A stretch of DNA of 62,319 nucleotides, the filler included, from Basidioascus undulatus (taxonomy: Eukaryota): the NCBI GenBank assembly GCA_000826855.1. It is 3 parts of 3 records of this genome, joined end to end, with 100 filler letters (N's around TTAATTAATTAA, not from the genome) between each part and the next. Parts side by side here need not be neighbours in the genome. Positions count along the whole stretch, not along the records: positions 20,993 to 51,531 come from JTLS01000110.1; 2 more parts are not named here. The stretch is one strand, 5' to 3'. Below, in pieces: positions 25,941 to 39,513 of this stretch (positions within the stretch are counted from its first letter, which is position 1; every line of letters starts with the position of its first letter). The position numbers and the translations under genes are program-made. The notes beneath the pieces were generated by a model, which saw only the letters and a program-made list of their open reading frames with translations, made no database searches and was not told the origin of the DNA.

Positions 25941-27876
25941 TCAGATGAGCTCTTGCTTGACCATCAGTATTCTTGGGCAGGAGCCTGAAGCTTGCCTTCC
26001 ATGCCTAGCAGACACAGGCGACGCGGACGAGGTCGCGCTGTCGGGGGGCACGAGACAGCCGCACAGACGCGGGCCGGTGCGCGAATGGGGCTCTGCTCCC
26101 TGACTGGGGTGAGCTTCTCGCTCCCGGCGCGCGACGCTCGCCACGTACCTCTTGAGAGGAAGACTGGGAGACATGCTGAGGGAATGATGGTGAGGTGATG
26201 ATGGTTCGAACTGAAGAGTGCCGGGCTCGTATGGGTCTTGGTCGCGCTGCGGATGGTGGACGCGTCGTCCTCGCGATCGCAAATGACGTCGCTCTCCACA
26301 CCCAGTGGGCCAGTCCTCCGCATAGAGGAGGCAGCATCGACTGCGGTGCGCTTGGGTGCACACAGGGTGTGCGAAAGGACTGAAAAGCCAATGGTTATTT
26401 ATGTAGACGAGACTCGATACATGTTTCTTTTTCGCGCTCTGGGTGGAGCAGATGGAGGGTCTTGGACGGCTAACTGACTCGCAGACGCGGTGCGGCGCAG
26501 TCGTCTAGCCGTCCACGATAACCCCCGGATGGCTCGCTCTGACGGACACCTGACTTGCCAGGCTCTGCGATTTTCAAAGCCACCTCCAGGAGTAGTTGGT
26601 CATTCTGCGTGGCACTCGTGTCGGTGAAGTTGTAGCGGGGAGTGTGCCACCCGCCTGCCAATCGTAAGCGAGGGCTTGGTTGTGTAGAATAGTTGTTAGG
26701 ATGGTATACCAGTCCTAGAAAGAGAATTTATCGGATTCAGGTAAGTGTTCTTGGTGCTGTAGCATCAGGCGGAGGCGCCAAGTGGTCAACGGCTGGGCGG
26801 GCAGTGCTGTGCTGCTTTTCACAGTGAATATATAAAACGTCGACCGTTAGCACAGGCTACTGAGATGAGTAGTGACTAGGCATCATACTCTATATATCTA
26901 TTTACTTTAAGAAGGCAATCACGAAACCCGGTCATGCAAAGTCTCGACGCTGTTGCATTGCACTGTGCTGATCTGACTTCCATTTGGCCGGTCAGGGGTT
27001 TACTGGTTCAGACTAGAATTTTGTGAACTCAAATAGTTCAATTAAAAGGCCTACCACGGTATTCTCTTCAGGCAGACTGTCAGAAGAGCGCCACTTCGCG
27101 GCGTGATAGCCGCAAGAGTGGCACTGCGAGTGAATCGTCGGATGTGAGTGCGATGGGATCACGCCTTGAGGTTCTTCTCCGCCATAGAGTGGAAGCCGTT
27201 TGGAGTCCCTTTATTTCTTCAAACTTTCAGGTCCGTTAGGCCAATGCCCATGGATGCTCTCTACTGCGCGAAACGGCAGCGCGGTAACTGCCCGCCCCAC
27301 GCCAGTTTGCGGCTCGACCGGTGCAATGTAACTTAACTGCTAATTATTTCATATTCAAGGCACGCTCTTGCGTTAGTAGAAAGGTGAGAAAGACTTGTGC
27401 TAACGCAAGTCCTGCATGGCAAGGCACTGCACCCGGCTTCGACTTGCTTGTTGTTCGTGTCATGGCCTCAAGTTCAGTATGCTGACTTTAAAAAAGTCGA
27501 CAACGAAATTTTCTGCCCTCTAATAAAAAAGGTATCAAGAGGAGGGTGAAGTTGTGTCGGCAACTTGACGCTATTAACCGCGGTTGGACCGGCCCTGAGC
27601 AATCAGGGTGCTGCCAGATGCGTGGCGTTTTCCCTACTCCATCAACATCCACCACTTCCACCTCAACACACTACTTTCGCTACTTTCCCCTTCGGAGAGC
27701 GCACACCGCTGTTATCGGACCTGTGCGCGCACTGACCGTCCAACTTGTTCCCGAGAAAGAGCGGCAGCAGGAGCGCGACTACTCGCTTTTCGAGCAGGCC
27801 CTTCGTCCCATTCGCGCCTCTCGTTCCTCTCTTCCCCCGCTCGATTCTCACATCATCGATCCGAAAACCCCTAACC

Positions 27877-30641
27877 ATGTCGTACGGTTATCCGCCTCAG
27901 GCGCCGCCCCAGCGCTACCCATATTTTGCGCCTGCGCAAGCGGCCGCTGCCCCTCTTCCTACCGCCTATCCTCCGCCCCCTGCTCCGACTTACCTCGCTC
28001 CGGCCGTTCCCACCGATCCCTACGCGTTTCGGCAGTTCTATGCTGCGCAGCTCGCCGCTCTTACTTCGAACCAGAAAAACATCATCACCAATCTCACCGT
28101 GCTCGCTCAGGAGCATGCGCGCCTGATGAGTGGGGAGATCGCGGTCGCCATCGAAGACTGCTTGCGAAGAGTGAGTCCTGATTCCTGCTCGCTCACAAGG
28201 CTCTTGGGAACGGTGGGATTTGGCGGGCACAAAAATAAATGCACACCGACCGACGGACAAGAACGTGTGCCGCAAGACCGTGTGCCCCATGCTGATGTGT
28301 TGTGTTCCTCACCTTCCCACTCGTCTTTCGCCTCGTTCTCGAGCTTGTTGATCGGGCTGTCTTGACCATATTTCCTCACCGTCCCACGTCTTGCTGCCGA
28401 TGTGTCTATGGAAGTGCGTTCGCTGGCGATGTCAGAGAGCGACGATGCACGTTCCGCGTCCGCATGAGCTAGCATCGACACGTAGCGACTCGACTGAAGG
28501 TCTATCGATCTACGTCTTGCTATTTAGCGAGCTCAGCTGATTGATCGTATGTTTCCCCTGTTACGAAGTGATCGACTGACGCGCCTCGTCTTTTCATTCT
28601 CAGACGCCGCCTCAACATCGTCTCCCTCCTCTTTACTTGCTCGACAGCATCTCCAAGAACTGCCCGCCTCCCTCATACCCCTACACCAACCTCTTCTCGC
28701 GCTTCATCGCTGCCATCTTCCTCGAGACATACGCCGGGGTCGACGGGTCGATGCGTGCCAAGCTCGAGGAGCTGGTCGTCACTTGGCACAACGGCGGGCC
28801 GTACGGTCGCGAGGTATTCGGCCCGGAGGTGCAGCGGCTCTGCGAGGAACGCTTGTACGGGCGTGCGGGGTGGCAACCCCAGCCAGCGGGGCCGGACATG
28901 CATGTCGTATTGAGGGAGATTCAGGACTTGCTCGAGCAGCGGAGGGCCATGGCGTACAGAATGCCGGGCGATGCCGAGGCTCAAGCGCAAATTGGGGCGC
29001 TGCAGAATGTGAGTGTGCCATCCGCTGGTCATCTTTGTTCGTCTTCGCTCAACCAGTCACACGAACAGCTCGAGCGAATTATCCTATCGACTTCCGTCCC
29101 TCCCGCACAGCTTGCCGAGATCCACGATCGCGTGAAGTCGCTCAAAGCGCAGTCCTTCGCTCCACCTCTTCCAGCACCTAGGTACCCCCCTCCGCCCTCC
29201 TCCCGCTACGCGACTCCACCCTTCCCTCCGCAAGGCGCTTCCACCCCGCCGTTCAGAACCGCCACGCCACCGTTCCGCCCTCCCCCTCCCCCCTCGCACG
29301 CACCCGTCTACCGCCCGCCCGCGCCCGCGCCAACCGACCCGTTCTACGCGACCAACGACGACTCGCCGCAGGTCGACTGGAGTACCCCACCGCCATCTAC
29401 ACGTCTTGCCAACGCTTCGCCCGTTCGTCCACCGCCGCCGCCGCCGCCGCCGCAGGCCTTCCCGCCTGTGTCGACCCTTCAACGGGAGGGAACGCCTACG
29501 TCAGTGCCCGTCCCGCCGCCCGTCGCTGGATCAGCGCAAGCTCCCTCATCGGTCCCTCCTCCCGCCCCAGCCCCCGCCCCGGCCGCCGCGGTCGCCGCCG
29601 CGCCGGACATCGGCGCGCTGCTGGCCAACCTGCAGAAGTCCGGGCTTCTCGGTGCGGCTTCTGCGCCGACGCCGCCACTTACAACGGTGACCGAGGAGAA
29701 GAAGCCCGAGGACGAGGCGGACGCGGCCGAGCGCGCGTATGACGACGCTATTCTCTCTCTCGACATCAAGCTCGACAACTCGGACATCTTGAAGTACGTC
29801 TTTTGTATGGCCGCCTTTCAGAAGTTGGCGCTTACTGTCGGTGGCCCCACAGACGCCGTACCCACGCGGACGACATCCTCCGCGACCGTCTTCCCGTTCA
29901 GTGCCCACAGTGCGCGCGACGATTCCCGGAAGGCCCGGCAGGTCGCGCGCAGCTGCAAGAACACATCGACTCGCACTTCCGCGCCAATCGTCGAGCGAAG
30001 GAGGGCACGCGCGGGCTGACGCGCAGCTGGTTTGTCGGCACTGAGGTAAGCCGCCTTCGCATACACGCCTTACTCGCTCGCAAGCTAAGTCGGTACATTC
30101 AAACCAGGACTGGATCAGCGATACCTCGGACGGCTCCGGTTCCCGTTCCGGCCTGCCGATCAACCGCCGCGAGGCGCAAGCCGCCGAGGCTGCGAACACG
30201 CGCAACGCGCTCGCGGCTCAGTCGGTGCCGGTGCCTTCGGATCCCGAGGAGGCCGCGCGGACGTGCCCGATCTGCAAGGAGAAGTTCCGTTCCGAGTTCG
30301 ACGAGGATGCGGAGGAATGGGTCTGGAGGAACGCGGTGGAGGTCGATGGCGTGGTGCGTCTCGCTATCTCGCTTTACCCTGCCGAAATAGCTGACCTGGT
30401 CGCTGCGGTCTCTTCTTTCCACTAGATCTACCACGCAACGTGCCATGAAGACGCTAAGTCCGCCACGCTCTCGGGCAAGCTCCTCGAGGCTGTGGCAGTC
30501 GCGAGTCGCGGCACGACGCCTGCGCGGGATGTCACGCCGCGCTCGCCGCCCGTCAAGCAGGTGGAGGTCTCTCTGACCGTGCTCGGCAAGCGCGAACACG
30601 AAGACGACGACGACAGCGCGAACAAGAAGCCTGCTTTGTAG
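27877..30641 (+). CDS. PCF11: mRNA 3'-end processing / Pol II termination factor Pcf11
   Basis: CID domain (LAALTSNQKNIITNLTVLAQE..LPPLYLLDSISKN..KLEELVVTW), Pro-rich linker, zinc fingers QCPQCARRF..HIDSHFRAN..RSWFV..DWI and CPICKEKF..DEDAEEWVWRNAV..IYHATC; TAG at 30639-30641. Confidence 0.93.
28234..28306 (+). promoter_or_regulatory. Putative intronic polyadenylation signal in PCF11 intron 1
   Basis: AATAAA at 28234-28239 and a GU-rich TGTGTTGTGTT at 28296-28306, inside the 433-nt intron 28171-28603. Confidence 0.4.
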
Positions 30642-31625
30642 TCCGTTCTTTTCTTGCGTCTCGTCGTCATTACTTGCATCTTCTTGATCCTCTCATCTCT
30701 TGCACGCAATCTGTACCGCTAGACATCGAGCATCATTTCTTTATCTGGAATTCGGGGCACAGAAAGTCTGCTGAGTTACTGTGGGTTCCAAAGACCAGCG
30801 ATATACTTCGCTGATGTACTTCGCCAATGGCAACAAGGGAACATGTCTGTGCTGTCGGGTTATCGGCCGGCCTCGGAAAGCTCTGGGCAGGAAGAACTCA
30901 CCGACGAACGTTGATGCTCGTCAGCAAGCTGGCAGCGATCTGGCGCCTGCATTCGAACTTCGCAGGCATAATTGCAACCGCTTCGCCAGTTGCTGGAAGT
31001 TACCCGTACTGAACCTCTTTTGGCAATGTAGCTGATCACAGAGGTGATCACATGTCACATAATCCACGAAATCATATGGGCGATGATTTAGGCCATACGT
31101 GCACAACGGCAAGCAAGGAAAGACTTGAAAAGACTGACACGGGAAATCGGCTCGATCGAACCTTTTCGAACTGGACTTCTCATCGGAAAGTTGGTAGTAG
31201 TTACTCATCTTTCGACCATTGCTATCATTGGGAAAGGGCATCTGTATGATACCATCACGAATAACATACCATACCTGCGTCCGAAGAGGCAACAGCGCGT
31301 GAAGGCTGACAATCATCTCCAGCTGGAAAGTTGACGACTTGCTGTCGCGCTACCTCTCTCGTCAACCCCCTCCCTGGCATCAACAGCTTCTGGAAGTCAT
31401 GAGATTCCACTGCGCAGGGTGGGTATTGCAGGTCTTCTCCCACATCAGGCAGAAAGCCGCTGATTCTAGTTGACATGCGTCCATATGCCTGCCCAAGCGC
31501 ACTCCCGAGCATGCAGCAAGTAGCAACAGATGAAGCAGTTTCCGTACATTCCCCGTTCCTCTCCAGCCTCCTCTCTCTTTTTCCCTCCTCTCTTTCCTAC
31601 TTCCGATCCCTATAGCATCCCCTAT

Positions 31626-31835
31626 TCATACAGAGACGTGCTCCTGCGGGCTGCGGCTCTGTTCCTCACCGCTCGCACTGTGCACGCTGGCTGGCCTCGT
31701 TCCCAGCGGAGCCACGGAGTCGAGCTCTTGCTGATCCTGCTCGGGCGACGATGAGTGCTCGCTCGCCCTCTCGCTCGCAGCGCTCGATACGCTTGCAGGG
31801 CGGGTCCCGAGCGGAGCTACCGTGTCCGTGTCGTC
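31626..31835 (-). repeat. Duplicated ~35-codon unit in antiporter C-terminal tail
   Basis: DTVAPLGTRPASVSSAASE and DSVAPLGTRPASVHSASGE, spaced 105 nt apart. Confidence 0.8.
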
Positions 31836-34581
31836 CTCGCTCGTGGAGTGATGCGCCGCGTGGCTGTGTCGGCGCGAAGGGTGGAGGCGGTGCCGAGGTG
31901 TGCTCGTCGCCGGTGTCGAGTCGTCGAAGCCATGCGTGAAGCGGATGGACGGCAAAGGCGTGATGCTCGTCGGCATCCCCGCAGGAGCGGGCAACGTCTC
32001 GAGCGCGGACGTAGATACCCCGCCCATAGGCTCAAGTCTCGCCGCCGGGAACTCGTCGACCCGCTTGATGTCAGCTTTGTTCAAAGGTAGGGACGCCCCG
32101 CTGGTGCCAGCACTGGCGCCGACGCCGGCGCGCGTGGGCAAGAGGCTCGCGGCGGTCATTGTGCGGGTGAGGGTGACAGTGCGCGCGTATAGCATGCCGA
32201 GCGGGAGCGACATGCCTGAAGGATTTCGAAACAGCAGGCCGGAATCAGCTCTGGACCGCGGAACATGATGCAGCCATGCGTACCATGAGCCATGATGCTG
32301 CCGAAGACCATGAAGTACACAACTGGAACGACGAGATTCCGCACGTGCTCGCGCTCTTCGGGCAAGTTCTTGAGAGCCACCTGGGCGTAGAAGACAGCAG
32401 ATACTGTAAAGGGCGGAGTGCTTAGGCCTCCTGAAACGAACGCACGATGGCGCAACACCTTGAAAGACGAGAACGTACCGCCGATTGGGCCGAAATAACC
32501 TGCAAAAGTAGCTTCGCGCAGGTTACGCAGGGCAGGGACGAACCAGTACTGGACGGACAGCCTTCATTGTCAGACTCTCCACTGCAGCGAAGCGGTTACG
32601 CAGGAGCTGCGTACCAGACCGATAACGACCGGCGGCCGCCGAAGGAGGAGGATGAGAATGGCGAGCACCACGTATCGCCAGCCGGCCACGCTGTACATGT
32701 TATTCTCATAAGCGGACCAGGGGATGATTGCGCCGACTGTCGCACCGACGTCAGCATAACACCATGATATCGGCACGCAGAGCGAGCGCACTGTAGATGA
32801 AAGTTGCCTGCGTAACAAAGCATCAAAGGATCAATATCAGTGCAAATTTGGACAGCAGAAAGCCCGGGTCAGTACCCACAGCGTTGAGCAGCCCATCGAG
32901 GATGTTTTGGAACCTCGCTTCTTCGGCTGCAATGCGCGTGTAGTCGTCCCAGCTGAAGCTGTTACCGGCGACGAAGCATGCCAAAAGGTCATCGCTTCCA
33001 ATCTAATTTGTTATCTTACGCTTTAGCTTCCATGTGTGCGAGAAATGGGATGGGGTCCACTTGCCATGCCCATGGTACCCATCACAAGCGCCGCCAGCCC
33101 AAAGCCGTCTGAGAACCGTCTTTACAGCGTCAGCACGATCAATGCAGCGTAAAGGGTCTTTGCAAATAACCGAGGTACACGCAATGAAGCTCTCGTGATC
33201 GATGAACTCCTTCTCCTGAGCATATCGAAGCGTCTTGCGGGCGACATGCCCAATCAGAAACCCAACGACGATGGAGAGGAGGATTTGGTAAATCCTGCGC
33301 GTTTCGAAAAGAAACGTCGCCTTCTGTATTAGCTGATCACCTCGTCGAACCTGAAAAAAAAAACCTGGGAAGTGCGTGCGTACCAGATATCATAAATCCA
33401 CACGGCAATGGTCGACCCCAAGTCGTGCACGGGGTAGGTCCCGCGCACCTCAGCGTGAGGAGAGCGCGAGACTATTAAGAGGAGCGGAAGGAAAAGGAAT
33501 GGGTATCTGTTGGCATGTTTCCGCTTCTCAGGACCCCCGTCGATCAAGTCGAAGCATGGAGAAGCTCGAAAAGGTTACCCTAGTCCGTCGTTTGCGCCCG
33601 ATTCTCCCACACTGTCGGCGGTGCGAATGAACGTCAGGGAAAGGTCCGTATGTCCAGCGAGTAAGCCAACGTACAGGATATTGCGGACGTGCCCGGGCAC
33701 ATGCTTCTCAGCGAAGCGACCCTTCGTAATTGAGTTCGCTGAAAATGAAAAGTCTCGTCGCATTCAGTATAGTCTCCTCAAGTTTCTGGAAAGGGGAACA
33801 CGACAGACCCAAGATCGGATCGGTCGGGGTGACACAGGCTGCAATGCAAAGGCATTCGAGGAAGGTGAGACCGGGGATGAGTGCTCGCACGAGTCCGGCA
33901 GAGATGAGCCAGGCAATAGTCATGACCGGCAGGAGCAGGACCTGTACCACACAAACCGCCTCCGTGAGCCTATTCAAGTAACGGGAGTCTTGACAATGCA
34001 GCAGGAAACCAAACCATCAGGGATTGGAACTCGAGTTTGAGGTACTTCTTGGGCAGATCTATTCCCGCGAACAGAACCTGAATTCCAATGACGACGCGCG
34101 TAACGGAAAGGCTAATAGAAACACGGTTTGCTCTGCATGCACATAAACGTTGCTGAGCGGCCGACGTACGTGATGTAGTCCCCCCATCCAGGCGATTCGT
34201 CCCAAGCCAAGGGGTCTATCCAGTTCAGTGCCTGTTCCCTGTCCGCATCAGCTGTCTCCTTGCCAGCCGTCTCCAACTTCGTTTCGTCGTACATGTGGAC
34301 CGATAGCGACCTAAAAATTCCTCCAGCTCCCCCGTAAGCATGATGTTCCTGTGCGGCGCAAGGATTTGCTTACGCCAATGACCATAGCGATGAGGGGTTC
34401 CGAACTGCAGCGGCGATGTTAGGGTGAGAATGCCGAGCCAAAAAGAAAGCGCATGAATACTGTAGAGTACCTACAAGTACAGCTTGTCCTTGACCAGGTA
34501 CGATATCAAACCGTAAACACATAGGAAGACACCGAGGGTCGCGAGGGAGACATTGAGGTCAGAAGTATCGATCTCGGGCAT
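31626..34581 (-). CDS. Plasma-membrane Na+(K+)/H+ antiporter, CPA1 (Nha1/Sod2/Cnh1 family), many exons
   Basis: MPEIDTSDLNVSLATLGVFLCVYGLISYLVKDKLY..SEPL, VTRVVIGIQVLFAGIDLPKKY, IAACVTPTDPIL, KGRFAEKHVP, ESGANDGLG-YPFLFL, SDDLLACFVAGNSFSWDD, LLLRRPP, FGPIG, PVVYFMVFGSIMAHG. Confidence 0.92.
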
Positions 34582-35360
34582 GGTTATATCGGATTGATGG
34601 AAGTAGGGGGTGAGCGGGTATGCAATGTGAAAAGGCAGAACACAAGCGTGTGTTATTGGATGAGAGCGAGCAGGGAGACGAAAGCGCCGAGAAGGTGTAG
34701 CATGAAGTGAAGGTCGGGGGAGGCTGGAGAGTGTGGATCCGTAAAAGTGTATTCCTCGGCGTTGCTTTTCAGGCCCTGTGGCCGATCTGTTAGGGCAGCC
34801 TGAACAGCGAGCTCGAGTAAGGTGATGGCGGGTCGAGGCAAACGAGGCGCGGGAAGGCCACGGAAGCGCCAAGAGACTGCCTAAATCAGAATAGAAATCG
34901 CAGCATTCACGAATAAAATCAGTGAACTTTGGTAATCAGCGAACCTTAGAAGCTGTATGGCCGCCCTGACACGTGCTCTCTGCTGATTGGCCCTCACCTT
35001 CAGCGTGTGCTGAGAACAATTTCGGGTCTCTTTTTCCCTGTGCCAATGTCCGCAATATGTAACAATCACGAAGTCGAGCTAGGTAGATATGGTCCTCGAG
35101 GAGCAGCTGACTGTGTTAGGCGTTGTTCTTGCTTATCTATAGTCGTGACACCCTTCCTTCGCGTCGAGTCGCCCTTGTTGGCGAGGTAAAATCGTTGCAT
35201 TGAACAACAGTCACACAGACAATCAAACACGATCGATTCCTGCTCAACAGCACTGATAGAGAAGACAGACACGAACAGGCCGACAAAGTCCATTCAACAA
35301 CGTCTTTTAGGGAGAGTCCGAGTCCAGTAGGCTTCGACCCTTCGGTCAAACATAGCAAAT

Positions 35361-38050
35361 CTACGAGTTGTCCGCGCAAGAAAAGGGGCTGCCAACCTCG
35401 CCCTTCTTGAACTGTGAGTCTATCGAGACGACACTTGCGTAGGTGCCGGCGACTGCCCCCGTCCCATGTCAGCGCCGTTATGACTGGGAGTCAGCCGCTA
35501 TTCAAAGAAGTTACTGACCGAGTAACAGCGCCCCGAGAAGAATCATCAAGCAGTTGACGACGTAGAGGACCTTGTAAGACAAAGTGGTTGCGCCTTGGCG
35601 AAGCTTGTGGCTGTTGTCGAAGAGCCACATTGCCCCGAGCAAGCCGACGCAGAACACGGAGCCCTGCGGTGTAGCATTCTATCTTTCAGCTCTGTGAACG
35701 CCCAGCTTATGCTGTGCAAAGGCCTTACGAAAAGGGCGCCAATCAGGCCGAGCAGACCTGTGTGAGGTGCAGCGCGTCAGCACGGTGCGCACATGCCTCG
35801 TCAGGACGAAGAACAACGAACTGTCGAAAAAGGGAATGACCTGAAAGGCGGTGCATCGCGTCAGTAATTCAGCCACATCTATTGGAGTGACAACGAGAAC
35901 TCACTTCAGCGATGATGAAGGAGAAAATGATGCAGCCGAGCACGATCCCGAGCCAGCTGACCCAGTGCACGGCGGTGGGCTCCTGCAAGTGGCGGGTGCC
36001 GCGGAGTGCGCGCACGAAAATGTACTTGGCCGCCAACTGCGAACCGAGAAAATACAATAAGGATGTGTTATGCACTGCCGCCGGTTGATTGAACGCACAT
36101 GGCTGTAGAGGATCGCCCCGACCAACAGCCCGGGAAGCGCGATGCTGTTGAACGTTCGTCAGCCTTGTGCGGTTCGACGATTCGCAGCGACATAGTAACT
36201 GACCCATAGGCAACCTGCGGTGTAGTTCAAAGGTAAGTCAAAGCTGACGTGATATCACTCGCAAGATGTTTCTCACCTTCTTCAGCAGAGGTCCAGCAGA
36301 GCCGAGGGCAGGCGACGCAACATATTGACCACAGTAGTACCACACCACGATGGCGATGACGCTGTAAAAGGCCATCTGCAACAACATGGGATCAACACCA
36401 GCGCAGGGACTGAGGAGAGAACTACGCGGAAAGACCGTACCGAAAAGCCTTGCATCAGGAACATGGACTGGACACAACTCACGATCAGCCTCCTCAGCAG
36501 CGAAATAGACATAAGATACTACACACCTTGTTGTAGTCCTCGGGCTTCTTCATTTCGGATATGATGCTGAAGAAACTGGGCTAGATATATACAAGAATTC
36601 AGCGGAGGCGAAGTGCGCAGCATGTCATGCAACGTACCGTCCCAGCGTATGCGAACTGGTAAAACAGGGCGGGGGTTAGCTGCAACGTCTGATGTCTACT
36701 TGGTGGAGGTGAATGCATGCATACCAGAATATTAACGATAGCCAAGAACGCCTCAGCGAAAGTCGGGGACCCGAAAGCGTCTGTGCCCGACAGGTTAATA
36801 CTTGTGCACGAATCCTCCCGGCAGTGCACGTACGCAGATCTTTGTCGAAAGGACCCTCAGGCGCCTCCGGGGGGCGGTCGCTGATGCCAACGGCAATGGT
36901 CACGATGAGTACAGCCGGAAGAATAGATGCGAGTCCGATCCAGCCTGCGAATTGCTCGCTGTGTTCAGTATGTGTGGTGTGGGGCATCTGCGGCACATCA
37001 CGCACCCAAGAAAGAGATCTGCTTGAACGTCCTCGCGGAAGCACAAATGCCGACGATGATGGCCGCAACACCCACAAATCCAACCGTACAGGTGCCCTGA
37101 TTGTTTGGGAACAAAGACGTGAGCGTGAGAGGAGAGGATCGACAACAGGCCTGCCGTACGTGCTCAGAGACGGTGTTGAAAGCGATTGACGTGGCAAGCA
37201 TACCGCTTCCAGCGATGAAAGTTCTACAAGTGAGCCTCATCAGCAGATGGACACAGTGGAACAAGGGAATGGCGTGAACCTACTGGAAAAGCCAGTACCT
37301 GCAAGCATATCTCGTCAACGAAGGCATGGATACAAGAGGAAGGAAGACGTACATCACGCCGAGGATCTCACGCCCGGGCCGGCCCCAGAGGATCTCTCCC
37401 ACGTCCGCAACAGAGTGGACTTGTCTGTGCAAGAAACCTAGAGGTCTATCAGCTAGTAGTTCACGTCTATTCTCTGGAGGACTTCGGCGTGCCGGTGCTT
37501 CACGCGGAACTGGCCGAGCACTGTCGCTAGTGGGTTAGGCGCAGATCCGATGAATCGATGGCGAGAAACGTACCGTAGTCGCCGTACGTAGTGACGACTG
37601 TCAACGCATGGTGAGCGCTCTGATCGGGTGATGGAATAAAAACCGAACGACTTTGACGCACTACCCAAGAACCTGTCGCCACCTGTCAGCGACGATAGCC
37701 ACAGTAAGAGCAATGCAGTCGTACACGATGATAATGACGCCTGGAACAGCCCCAAGCGTCTGCAGGGCAGAGGGAAGGGAGAGTACACCAAGACCGATCT
37801 GGCTCTTCAGCAGGAGCACGGCTAAATTGGTGCAACAGTCAATCATGAGCGAGCTCACAGTCCGCCACTAAGCTTGCCCCTGCTCACCTGCCTGCATCCA
37901 GCCCACCGCCCTGTAGTCCGGCCCATTCTCCGTCGCACCGAACACCTCCTCAGCGTCGTGGATGTCTACGCGCGTCCCAAGTTCCGCATCCGAATACGGG
38001 GGCGGCTGTTTGATATCCTTCTCATCGGAGAAGGATGGCTGAGAGGACAT
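35361..38050 (-). CDS. Amino-acid/auxin permease family transporter (Neurospora Mtr-like), many exons
   Basis: MSSQPSFSDEK..EVFG..GPDYRAVGWMQA, LLKSQIGLGVLSLP, FIAGSGML..AFNTVSEH, RTFKQISFL, FAYAGT, SEMRSPRDY, VASPALGSAGPLLKK, IALPGL, FIIAE-VIPFF, C-terminal SPFSCADNS*. Confidence 0.92.
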
Positions 38051-39513
38051 CGTGCCGACTGAGCCAGGAAGCGGTGAAAGTAGCGAGGGAGATGAGGTGG
38101 TAGGGAGGACAAAGGGGTCGACAGAGGGAGGGTTGGGAGTAGCGCAACGAAGACGATGGTGTCGCAAGATCTCGTGCAGTGCAGGGCAAGGTGCAGGGCG
38201 TGAGCAGGTCGCGTGGGGGAAGGGAAAGCGGGGTATGGTCAAACCCTAGTGGCCCCAGCAGCTTTTTGAGATCGTCTTCCAACCGGCCTCCGGGCCCCTC
38301 AAGGCCCCCCTCGGTAGCTTCGTAAATGCGTCATGCTGTTCACCTGATACGCACCGAAGCGAGCTTCGTTGCTTCACTCCGCTTGCAAGCGATACGTATA
38401 CTAGTCTGCAGACAGGAGCTTTGTGGACACGTATTATGCACAGGAAAGCCAGCCGAAGCCGGCGGTAGAAAATAGTAATCATGCTCTCACACTAACTTAG
38501 TTCGGTTTCATGAGCGACGCTATAACGCTTCGTTGGTTGCATATTATCGCCGTCCTGAATCCGGCTCGCAAGGACGAGATGATATACGATACAAGAAGCT
38601 GAAAGTAGGCAAACTTAACAGCACGGATATGTAACAAACTGTTCCCTCGCCAGCGGAAGACTCGGGAGTTCTCAAAGAGGACGTTTCCAGGTCCAGGAGA
38701 AGAGAAGACGATCGGAGCCGGGCCGAAAAATCAGTGATCCTTTTGGTGTTCAGGCACGTGTGTTGACGGCACGTGCTTCTTGGCCATCCCGAGTTACCAA
38801 GTTGAGCAAGCTAAGGTGAGCACGGCGTCGCGCAAAACACCGGGCTGACATGCTAAGTAGTGCAACGTCTCTGAAAAACTCATCAAAAAGTACTGCCTTC
38901 TGGCCAGTCAAAGAGCACACCAGTCGCTTGCTAGAAGTCGACTGTGGCTGCGAGCGGCTCGGTCAGTGTTGTGCACATAAGTGTACACAACTTGAGATGA
39001 CTGGTATGCTTGGACTCACCGCCGTCATATCGTATAGAACTTGAGATTGTGGGCGTCCTTGATATGACATCAACTTTGCCCAGCAGCACTGTCGGGAAGA
39101 ACGGCCTGCGCAAGATCCATAGGACGTGTACAGCTATACCCAGACCATTGCAATTGTCCGGCGCGTGTTCGAGCGCGAAAAGGGACAGTAAAAACGTTTC
39201 TTTGGCCTGGCCTTTGACGATATACGGTGGGTTAACCAGGAAAGAAGGCCTACAGCGCACTTTCACTAGCCAGCAAGGTAGATCACGAACCCCATCAACA
39301 ACCTCCACTGCAAATTAGCATGCCTCAACGCAGCCTCCTTCCAAGACAGACAATCCTTTCTGGTGCATTGATGAGCTCTGATTTTACCTATATGTCCGGT
39401 TTACAGCCCAAGTTAAGAGCAAGGTCTCTAAATCTGCGTCGGAAAGCCCTCGAGCATCGTACCCTCGCCGCCACTGCATCTGCGTATTTCATACCTGAGG
39501 GGTCAACCGAGTG

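Noticed and set aside
27090..27122. Intergenic hairpin GCCACT..GCGGC/GCCGC..AGTGGC
   Set aside because: It is an isolated short stem with no Helitron CTRR end or other supporting feature nearby.
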